Positions 53,646-64,000 of a stretch of DNA of 64,000 nt are shown piece by piece; position 1 is the stretch's first letter; the number at the start of each line of letters is the position of its first letter. This DNA is from Octopus vulgaris (lineage: Eukaryota), in assembly GCA_951406725.2 (NCBI GenBank), contig OX597824.1, positions 1,550,001 to 1,614,000 on the forward strand, in the 5' to 3' direction. The notes beneath the pieces were generated by a model. It worked only from the letters and a program-made list of their open reading frames with translations, searched no databases and had not been told where the DNA came from. The position numbers were made by a program, and so were the translations under genes.

Positions 53646-54340
53646 AAGTATCTGTCTGTAAATATATTCATATTTGTATGTATGTATGTAAGTAGGTATC
53701 TGTCTGTGTAAGTATATATATATATATATATGTATACGTCCATACATACATATACCCTTGACAATCTAACTGCTATTGTTCTTGAAATTATTATTATAAG
53801 TACACAAGCATGTCATATCAATCTGAGCGTCATCACTACTGAATGAACAGATTATTGTTGTGACAGACAACACTGTTCTCTTTGCCTTACAATGAGGTAG
53901 AGGAAAATCATGTGTTACGTTACCTGCCGTTAGTCAATCATTAGGTTCCCTCTTCTTTTACAACCTCTGCTTATAAATGTCAGTGTTTTCTAATCAATAC
54001 TAACATATTGTAGAACTGGAAAAAAATCAGTACAATATGGGCGTATGTTTAAGTGATGTTATAGTTGCATTGTATTGAGATATAGAGTTGATATAGCTTC
54101 AGTAATTGATTATAATCTTTATACCATTTCAGCACCAAGTGACATTCATATATGTAATATAATTAATACTAAATACGCACTGAAATGAGAAGGAATAACG
54201 ATCGGTAATTGTTGAGGAATATAATTTGTGTAAAGTAGCAATTAACGTGTGTCCTATTTCTCTGTAATAAATGTAATGTATTTAGCGTAATTTTTTTTTA
54301 TATTGTTATTGTTATTATTCTCATTTTTACTGACAAAAAG

Positions 54341-56140
54341 AGAGCGGTGAACCGGCGGAATAGTCTGTGCTTCGGTGGACATGCCTAGCAGCGTTTCATC
54401 CGTCTTTTTGCGTTCTAAGTTCAAATTCCTTCGAGGTCAACATTGTCTTTCCTGCTTTCGAATTAGATTAAATAAGTACCGATCGATAATTTGGGTCAAT
54501 TTATTCCACTCATCTCCACTTTAAATTGACGGCCTTATGACAAAACGTGAAACTGTTATTATAGCCGAAAAGAAGGCGGGGAACTGACATTATCATGGTC
54601 ATGCCGGATAATATGGTTAGCGGTATTTCTTATGGCATTGAAGGCGGCGAGCTGGCAGAAACGTTAGCACGCCGGGCGAAATGCGTAGCCGTATTTCGTC
54701 TGCCGTTACGTTCTGAGTTCAAATTCCGCTGAGGTCAACTTTGCCTTTCATCATTTCGGGGTCGATAAATTAAGTACCAGTTACGCACTGGGGTCGATAT
54801 AATTGACTTAATCCGTTTGTCTGTCCTTGTTTGTCCTGTCTGTGTTTAGCCCCTTGTGGGCAATAAAGAAATAGGTATTTCTTATGGCATTACATTCTGG
54901 GTTCAAATTCCGAGTTTGCCTTTAATTTAATCGGGGTCAATAAAATAAGTTCAATTTGAGCACTGGGATCGATGTAATCCACTCACACGCTTCCCTTAAG
55001 ATTGCTGGCCTCGTGCAAATATTTTATGACGAGCTGTCAAAGACCTTAGAGCATCTTTTTACTTTCTGTGTTTAGAAAACGTGGTACGGGGATAACAGGT
55101 TTCGATCCTTTTCAGGACGATAAAATAAAAGACGAGTCAAGAACTGCAAGTGATGGTATCATCTAATCCCTCTTCCTCAGTTTTGTTGGTCTTGTGTCCG
55201 AATCAGAATCTAATGTTAATGCCATATTTGGGCGGCGATTTGGCAGAATCGCTCTGGAGTTAATGCGTTAATATCTCAAGATATCTCTTCGAACTCTTCT
55301 TAAGGTCAACTTTGCCTTTCATCCTTTCTAAAATAAAGTTGCAGTGAATCACAGGGGTCGAGGTAATCGACTAATCCCCACAAACAAAACTTTTAACCCA
55401 CTTCTCAAACCAAAAGTAATTACAAGAGGGTGGTCACCTTCTTACGATTGTTAGGCAGTGGAATATTTTCATTGCGGTATTTCGCACGGCTTTTTATCAG
55501 TTCAACATATTTTTCGTCTTTTCAAGATCATCATTTCTTTCGTCCCTTCGAGGTAAATAAAACATAAGACTAGTCAAGTGTTGCGGACTACAATGTTGAC
55601 TGAACGTCACTTCACAAAATTGCCCTTATTGTGCCTATCTTACACTCATTATGGTCCTTTATCTTCTGCGTTCAAAACTTGTCGAGATTGACTCTGTTTT
55701 TCAACATTCCGATATCGATAGAATATTTTGAAATAAATTCCTGAGGTCGATATAATCGATCACCCGTAAAATTTATAGCCTTATTCTGACGTAAAAACAT
55801 CATTTTGTACGCGGGGCAAAATGCTTAGCTGCATTTCGTCCATCAATACGATCTGAGTTCGAATTCTGTCGAGGTCGTCTTTGCCTTTTACCATTTCGGT
55901 ATCGATGAAATAAGGAGCAATTAAACAGTGGAGTTGATATAATCGTGAATTCCCTTGCCATAAAATGTCAGGTTTTGTGCCTAGAATAGCAAGGATTATT
56001 AGAACACTGGACAAGAAGAATATTTAGTGTTGGCACTTTATGTTCTGAATTCAAACAACGCCGGGATAAAATTTGCCTTTCTTCCTTCTAAATTACCTGT
56101 CCAATATTCGGTCAATTTAATTTCCTCGTTCCCACCGGAA
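54341..56140 (+). repeat. Head-to-tail array of about 9 SINE family B copies of differing decay
   Basis: Blocks resembling gttcaaattcc..gaggtcaactttgcctttcatcctttcggggtcgataaaataagtacc recur roughly every 200 bp, all on the + strand. Confidence 0.8.
54640..54873 (+). mobile_element. Young SINE family B copy with an 18-bp TSD
   Basis: gaaggcggcgagctggcagaaacgttagcacgccgggcg...gttcaaattcc...gggcaataaagaaata; TSD ggtatttcttatggcatt at 54622-54639 and 54874-54891. Confidence 0.93.
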
Positions 56141-56864
56141 CTAATTTCTTGTCTTTCGATTTCATTTCCTTCTCTCGTCACTATTTTAACCACATAATTA
56201 TATGAAACCCTACAGAAATTGTAATATATCTTTGTAAGATTCCCGTCAAGTGACTCTCCTGCATGCCGCTGCTGGCGCTGATCATCCTCATGTTCATCGT
56301 TATCATATTTCATTGCATGGTGTGGATATAAAATACAAGTTATTTCCATTTCGAGATCAAATAAAAGGTAAATGAAACCCTATCGTTTATTATAACTGAG
56401 TTGAATCATGAGAAAATACCTTTCCTTCACATTAATCTCCCGCCGATTGTCCTCATCTCCAAGGCTGCATTATTCTACCTAATCCAATGTGTTGATGCTT
56501 TGTCATTCTAAGTAATTTATTACTTTACATTTCTTTCAATATCATTCCGTAATGTTCGGGTCCTTTCTAGAATAGGAAAGCTCCAACATTATCATTGCTG
56601 TAGATATTCTTTTATTCTAAGGCTGTGGCCATGCTGGGGCACAGCTGGTGTATATATATAATTTCTAGATAAGTGATCCGTCGTTTCTGTCGAATGTCCA
56701 CATATATTCCATACTTGGCTAATGTATTCTGCTTCTTTTAGAGCTTCCTGGTAGTTTAAGGTGTAAATTCCTTGAACTTGGCACAAAATGAAAAACCATT
56801 CTGTGTCAATTGCAAACCACTCCAACGTTAAGTTTGCGACTTTTCTTTATCCATTTAACCATTA

Positions 56865-57084
56865 TACTCTTTCTTTTATTCTTTCACTTGTTTCAGTTTT
56901 TGACTGTGGCCATGCTGGAGCACCGCCTCTTAGTTGAAGAAATCGACACCTCGTCTTATTGTTTGTAAGCCTGGTACTTATTCTATCGGGTTCTGTTGCC
57001 AAGCCGCTAAGTTACGGGGGAGTTAAACACACCAACATCAGTTGTCAAGCGATGGTGCTGGGACAAACACAGAGACAAACAACA

Positions 57085-57151
<67 letters not shown>

Positions 57152-57325
57152 TATATGTATACGATGGGCTTCTTTCAGTTTCTGTCTACTAAAACCACTC
57201 AGAAGGATTTTCGTTGGCCCGAGGCTATAGTCGATGAAACTTGCTCAAAGTGCCACGCAGTGGAACTGAACCCAGAACTATGAGGTTGGGAAGCAAGCGT
57301 CTTGCCACACAGCCACACCTGCGCC
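56865..57325 (-). mobile_element. Full-length SINE family A
   Basis: Ends ccacacagccacacctgcgcc (reverse complement of the head); body colinear with other copies. Confidence 0.92.
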
Positions 57326-57407
57326 TATTCAATGTTTGTAAATTGCCGCCCCATATAAAGACTTTTCTTGTCATCGTTTTAGCACAATATTCATTCATTC
57401 ATCCATT

Positions 57408-57408
57408 C

Positions 57409-57505
<97 letters not shown>

Positions 57506-57545
57506 AACAGAGAGATAGAGTCAGACACAAAAGAGAGAGAGAAAC
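57408..57545. repeat. (GA)n microsatellite
   Basis: Directly visible. Confidence 0.95.
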
Positions 57546-57599
57546 TAAGTGAGACAAGCAGAAAAAGAAACACAGAAAGAGCGGAAGAGAGAGAGATTT

Positions 57600-58750
57600 C
57601 GCTAAAATCATCCGAGAAAGTTCCACTTGATACTTCCAAGTGTTTTTCTTGCTCCGCTCAAGTTATTTTCTAACAGTTTTCTAATTGTTTTTGTCGACGT
57701 TCTCCGTGTGCAGGAGAGCGATATTCTGTCGATACGAGTATTGGGCGGGTGTAGGTGGGCATCAAAACTACTCTCAGTAGTTTCTTGTATCTTCTTGTCT
57801 AAACTCATTTATTCATATCTATTATCTTATATCAAGATTGACTTCAGTTTTGAATATATCTGATTCTTTTTTTATAATTTTCTTCATCATCTCCCTGTTC
57901 TGTATCTCACCGACTTAACTGCTTCTAATTATTTCTAACGTAAGTTCTGCTTTAATTATCTGATAACTGTGTATGGATCTAATTTAATATTCTAAGCTTT
58001 GCTATCTGCAACTTTTTTAGAGTAACTTAATCATTTTTGTTTCGTCTGATATTCATATTTATATCTTGGTTTATTTATAAACACTTTTAGTCTGGTCACC
58101 AGCTGCGTATTTTGTTTAGCAAATAGTTTTCAGCTATTCATGCTACAGAGGATTCGACATATGGATTGTCTGGCATTTATAATCAGTGTTAGATTTCTTC
58201 AGCAAATTATTTGAGTCCAGAACTAGAAAGGATAGTAGAGCAATTAAGGAGTCTCTATGAAAGAGTAGTTTTCATACGAGTATAGTACTGGTTTTATTTA
58301 CTCTTTGTGTGTAGTTATACAATCGTGACGAGGGATAACCACATTAGAATATTCTTCTTCTAGCAGTAATGGGTTTAATTTCAATCATCACTTTCACTTT
58401 TTCCGGAAGAATCGTTTGTCCTTTTTCTCTGATATAGCTGATGTATTTGTTCGGTATTCATGCTGTTGTACAGCTTCTAGGAATGGAAATACCTTTTAAA
58501 TTCCTCTGCTAATGAACACATGCCTTGCTAAGGCCCTTCAGACTATTTTTCAATCCCTGTTCATGGTTCAGTAACTGATATTTACAATTATGTGAGCCAC
58601 TGCTGCTTCACTGCTGCCTCGCATTTGTTCTTCGGCAAGTGAATTTTGTTAATGAGAGCACCGTTTGTCTTGAATATTATGCAGTTAAGAATCTATATTC
58701 TTAGCGTACACTTAGTGATCAATTCATGAGTTCTTTCAATTTCAATACAT
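57600..58750 (-). mobile_element. Heavily decayed R4/Dong-like LINE RT fragment
   Basis: Minus-strand peptides LAEEQM..GSHNCKYQLLN (cf. LPEEQKG..GCKDQLLIN), RRRIF*CG (cf. RRGIFQGD), EIQNREMMKKIIKKE and LDKK...HLHPPNTRIDRISL appear in the correct order. Confidence 0.65.
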
Positions 58751-59049
58751 TCTTAAATACTTTTTCCAGAGGTTTACTCTTTACATATTTTAATCTAAAT
58801 TTCAGAACAATTCCAATGCTTAGTGCCCCACCCCCACCAGCCGTTGCAATTTCATCTGATCGACGTCTTGCTTCGCTATGGCACTTGTTGTTTTGAATAC
58901 TTTCGCATGTGTTGTCTCCATCATTGAGATCAAAGGTTAAAACAATGTTCAAAATAATAGATGCCATAGGAACAATAAGTGGATAAGCAAGGAGATATGT
59001 AAATAAAATCGTATGAGTTACTTATATACCCAACGCAGAGAGCAACAAA

Positions 59050-59115
<66 letters not shown>

Positions 59116-59184
59116 TGTAACTGTCAATGTAACATGTTGAAAGAATTCTACATCATATTATGAAAATAAAACCATATTATTTTT

Positions 59185-59563
59185 TCTTTTCAGGCAGTGG
59201 AAAGCTGTCATACTGAGGAAGCACCTCGATTGATTTGGTCGAATTATGACCCCAGTATCTGTTTTTGAAGTCTGGTACTTATAGCAATTCTACTTTTTTC
59301 AAAGCTAATAATTAGAGGAAGGTAATTCAAGTAACGCTGGTTGCCAAAAAAGAAAAAAAAAAAAGCAAAGAAGCATACTCAGGAAACACACACACACACA
59401 CATATTTGTATATACTACAAGCACCCACACTCTTCCCGTCAATGAAATCCCACCACAATGAATTGGTTGGCCCGGAATTATAGCAGAAGATATTTACCCT
59501 ATATTCTCTGCTGTGAGACTGAACCCTAACCAACGTAGTTGACAAGCGACCACAACTGCCCCT
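59185..59563 (-). mobile_element. Old decayed SINE family A-like copy
   Basis: gtctggtacttat, an internal CA/TA tract, aaatcccacc..ttggttggcccggaattatagcagaaga and gagactgaacccta match the family A reverse complement. Confidence 0.65.
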
Positions 59564-60029
59564 ACTGTAAGAAACAGAAATGTTGATCTAGAAAGAAAAG
59601 CAATATTTTTTTATTCCCAGAAGATAATCATAAACTTTACTATGGCGATAATTATAAAGTTGAAAATTTAAAACTCATTGTCTGTGGTTTTATGTGATAT
59701 CAATTTCGATGTTTATAAAATAATAAATAGGATGAATAGATCTAAAGTTCTGTTAGAAATATTTTAGTTTACTTGTCATTAACCACCATGGACAACTGCA
59801 TAAATTGCACCATTCTAAAAGCTCATTATACCGAAAAATCAAATTCTCCATATCTATTGTTCTAGAATATTTTTTAAAATCTTTTCTGGGCCAGGTTGAA
59901 TGTTCAGTACCCACGGTCTTTCCAGATCCCAGGAGACCAAATCAGGCTGGTGCCTTTAAATATTATACTTAAAATTGTTACATTTTATGTGAAGTATATT
60001 TGCCATATAAATGTGGCTAACCAGTAAGG

Positions 60030-60560
60030 TTGGATGCTACTGTAGCTTGTAGCCCCAGGAGAACATCTTCTCCAGCTGGCTATTGACACACTTTCTGTGC
60101 TCTATCAGTATTTGCAAATGGAAGCCATCCTTTCCATCGTCGACCTGACAGGATACGCACGATGGGACGGACATTTTACATCTGCAAGAACGAGGCGAAA
60201 AAAGAGTCGATTCCAGAGGCCTCACATCCGGTTAAGTCCTAAAAATATTGCTTAGTATGGAGATTGGGGGTTAGAAACAGCATGAATGATGGAAGGAGGA
60301 GAAAGAGTAGCGGAAAGAGTGATTAAGTGGACGTAGCACGGAACCAGACACTTCCGAGGTACAGAGGCCATTGTAGTAGAGATAGAAAAAAACAGACAGA
60401 GGACACAGTCCATGTGTGAGACAAAAGCTGAAGCTGATCAGTGCCTTTATGACAATTCGCCGAGTGGCTTGTCTTTGTGTTTCATCCAGCTTATCAATGT
60501 GTGGTCTAGGAAGGCACACCCAGAGCCATTATTCCAAGTGAGTGTCAAATATGCCGACAA
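60030..60560 (-). mobile_element. CR1/Jockey-group LINE 3' fragment
   Basis: HIDKLDETQRQATRRI...LSVFFYLYYNGLCTSEVSGSVLRPL matches the LD.IQR.A.R.I / LFY.YY.G.CS.EL C-terminal pattern (60270-60560). Assigning 60030-60270 as its 3' UTR is tentative. Confidence 0.7.
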
Positions 60561-61749
60561 CCTTTTGAATATTTCTTCGATGAATAAATGTAAAATTTTC
60601 CTCGAAATAAATGCATCAAATGCAATAAATAAACTACTTCAAACCAATCAATAGGAAGTGGTTTCTGTTTTTTTCCCTTTAATCACACATCTTTTTACGT
60701 GGACTGTTTCACCTCATTAACCTAATTTAATGGCTGCTGTATTGCCTTTGCTGCCATTTTAATATAGTTATTTTATCGAAGTGGTCTCAGTATTTTTATT
60801 TTAACTTCTTAATTATGATTTTCATTTGATTCATTTTTTTCTCATTGATTTTTACATTTTTAGAAGATGTCCAACTATTTCAGATTAAGAACCCTTAAAA
60901 CATCAATAGAATTTACACATGGGCAAATTCGAACCGATTGATAATGCCGTCTTTCTCCAGCAAACCACTATCCATAAATTCAAGGAGGAAAAACATTTAT
61001 TACAAACCTTATTATAATCAAAGTGTATTTCAGTGACAGATTCATTTAAGTGAGATCGTCTCCTCCTCTTCTTCCTCCTCCCCGTCATCTTCAACATTAG
61101 TAATGGTGATGAAGATAGCGACAACGATAACGACAGCCACGATGACAAAACGAATCCTTTCAGCATTTGTAATTACTGCTCAAGTTTGTCAAGAGAAAAC
61201 AAAATATTTATAATTGATTCGACACTCAAAAAAGCAATCAAAACTTGAAGAAAAAAAATTAATTTTTTTTTCTTTCCTTTTTCATCTTCGTTTCTGTATG
61301 ACTGCATAGAATATTGGCTGTCGTGTGATATTTAAATCAGTGAGTATCACATGATTATTGGATTAATCGGACGCTTAATGAAGCAGCGATATCTCGCTTT
61401 ATAATGGAAGTACCAAGGTGTTCTCCTCTGAAAACCCGGCTCAGCAACCAACCATTTAAAACAATTCGCAGTATTCAAATTTCCTTATGGCATTATTTGT
61501 ACGGCCTCATGTTTCTAAAATAAGATCTCATCGAGACAGAATATGCATTCCATTGGCCTTGTTGGTCGATAAAAATATGCACCATTAATCTAATGCTGTT
61601 AAGTTTTTTTTCTTTTCTTCTTTTTTACAAATATTTGATGTCTGGCAGAAAACGTAAACTGTTTCGCATTACAGAAACGACAGCAGTTAGTTTCAATTAT
61701 CAAGTAATTTTGTAACAGACATTTGTAACACACAATTTTATAGTATAGG

Positions 61750-61892
61750 TGTTGTGTGGGCGCCCCCAGACGATGAAGTAGGCTAGCCCAATACGTAGAT
61801 ATAGTGGGAGAAGACTAGACCAGAGTAGTAGAGACTAGTAGCAGAGTAGCGGTGAGAGTTGAGTAGAAGCCATCCGAACGTGCGACATAACA
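61750..61892. mobile_element. 143-bp solo LTR
   Basis: TGTTGTGT...ACATAACA termini (7/8 inverted match) flanked by the 5-bp direct repeat ATAGG at 61745-61749 and 61893-61897. Confidence 0.72.
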
Positions 61893-64000
61893 ATAGGTTA
61901 GCTAATTCAGATTGCATTCTTAGAATTGAGAATTGATTAAATATAATGAATAATTCTGAGAGTCGTATAGCATCTTCGATTTATAAGATTGTTGACGTGA
62001 AAGCGTGTGTCGTATCTTGTGAAGGTCATTTTGCCAACTAGAACCCCAAACAGTGGATTTATTATTAAAAGTCAACTAACAGCGTTTTAATAACGAGGGC
62101 ATATCACTGATGAAATAGGGACTAACGATGAAAAGAATTTAACGAACGAAACGCACTGATTGACTGGTCCAATTAAACATTAAACAAACGACTAGCTGAT
62201 TGCTTTAATGATTAATTAGTTAACTTAAATATCTCCGCCTAAGTGAGAATAAATATTGTATCCCAGCATTAATACTGCCTCTGTAGGAAATATATAGTTT
62301 TTAACAAGCACAACGGCTAATCGCGGCACAAGTGCCTCTTTTGGCACTGATTGCTTTGATATATCGCTGGCGAGGATGTGAATCACTCCTATCTCTAGCT
62401 GTCGAGAACCCATTACCAACGAGATGAGGGAAGGTCGAAATCATGTGATCTGGTGATCTCGTGCAGGATTTCGGGGCGCGGTGTATTCTCTCCCCATTAA
62501 CAATAGAGAAACGTGCGTACTAAAAGCCTGTATGAGAGTTTCCCTCATGGCTTCTACCGTATTAAATGCTGTTCTAATGGAACATTCACGTTTAAGCAGT
62601 AACAAAGTGTTGTGTGAGTTAACCTGTGTAGTCTGTTTCGGCTCTGCACATTAAAAGTCAAATCTCGACCGACAGCCGAAAAATGACGATAGAGATGTAA
62701 GCAGTATCACGAATTTCAAAATCTAATTTAAGGGCTGAAAGCCCCCTTCACATTTATAATTACCTCCTTCTATTAATTTTCATCGGAGTACTTAATCAAA
62801 TTGCATCAGTTGAGAGTTTAGTTTAGAAACAACGGCAAACACTCGGTTTCGTCATTGTATATTTCATTCACCTTTTGCTGAAATTACCACTAATATTTCC
62901 ATTTGCAGGACAAACTTGAAATAAGTAGAACGAGTTATTCATTGTATGAAACCAATTTATTTGAATTCCATGTCCATTTTTAGAATGTGTAAATTCCAGG
63001 ATGAACATTGAAAAGAAACCTCTTTAGCTTAATATATTCATCAAAACAACATAAGAGAGAAAAATGTAAACATCCACCAAGGAATAGCTCAGGTATAAAA
63101 GGGCATTTACCATTTACAGAAATGTCAAACACTTCATTAAAGAATAATATGCAAGAAAGAAATTATTATTCATAATGTGTTTTATCTATACAAAATTTGA
63201 AAACGTAATCTATTCCGCAACCATCGTCAACAGTAAAGATTTCTAAGACCGCTGCCCCCAAAATAAAAGATCTTTGTAATATATAGAAACGTTATCAGCA
63301 TGCACACCTCCGTCCAATGTTCATGTTGCTTTACCGTTAGATGAGGAAATAATAAAATGCGAAAAAATGCACGACACATTGTAGGCCCAAAGGGAGATGT
63401 TTATATACCGAATCAGTGTTTGAATGTAGTTTTCCTTTAATAATTGTCAACCGTAAAGAAATGTTAGTTACCTATTCCTGTGTATTATTCCGTTTCAAGA
63501 TAAACCAGAACGCGCAGCTTAGCTAAAACAATAACTCCAGTTTTCTAGATTCACACTCTACTCTCTAAATAGACGGACTGGTAGATGTTATCGTGTGAGC
63601 GAAATGGAGCAAGCATTGATGGAGAGGCTCTCCTCATAAGCGTGACTCAATCAGAGAGATGATCTGATGCCATCGAATAACCATTATATGAGCTAGCTTA
63701 ATTGTACTATCGATTTTTGAGTGATTTGTTCAGCGATATTCAACGTTGCCTCGTATATGACATATGAGATATATAATATATATTTAATGTATAATATATG
63801 GCAAATATTAATACATCGTATCATGTAGAAAAAAATCTAAATTCGTTTTTTTTTTCCCCTTTTAGTGTCGACCAATAAAAATTAATGATAAATTTTAGCT
63901 TCAGTAACTTTTAGAGACGGTACATCGGTGACTAAAAAACAAAATACAATTAATCAAACAATGTGAGCTAAATGTTTATTTGTATTCGTATGTTACAGAG

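Noticed and set aside
54341-56140. Regularly spaced repeats as a CRISPR-like array
   Set aside because: Units are about 200-bp diverged SINE copies in eukaryotic DNA, with no repeat-spacer structure and no cas genes.
59170-59230. Strong-looking splice acceptor ttttttctttcag|gcag
   Set aside because: It coincides with the reverse-complement tail of a decayed SINE.
62325-62365. agtgcc...ttttggcactgattgc resembling a miR-96/263 seed hairpin
   Set aside because: Only the seed matches, and the stem is far too short for a pre-miRNA.

Overview
AT-rich, microsatellite-dense eukaryotic DNA. I find no host protein-coding exon that I can support, and almost all long ORFs in the track are translations of (TA)n, (CA)n, (TACA)n or (GA)n repeats. 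The SINE families and the repeat landscape look like an octopus (coleoid cephalopod) genome; this is inferred from remembered repeat sequences, not from a search. The window holds many decayed mobile elements: three or four tRNA-derived SINE families, Hero, R4/Dong, CR1/Jockey-group and RTE LINE remnants, mariner and DD37D (maT) transposon remnants, MITEs, a non-autonomous Helitron and a 143-bp solo LTR. The standout is an apparently identical 487-bp direct repeat at 25375-26397 (536-bp period). Each copy carries a complete type I hammerhead ribozyme (CUGACGA, GAAA, GUC cleavage site, palindromic stem III). This is the architecture expected of a retrozyme or Penelope-pLTR-type element that could release a 536-nt self-cleaved, circularisable RNA. 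Several other short (TA)n-embedded repeats carry intact or decayed hammerhead-like cores. There are also several long inverted repeats and a head-to-tail SINE array containing a self-insertion. Coordinates were counted by hand and identities are by-eye estimates.
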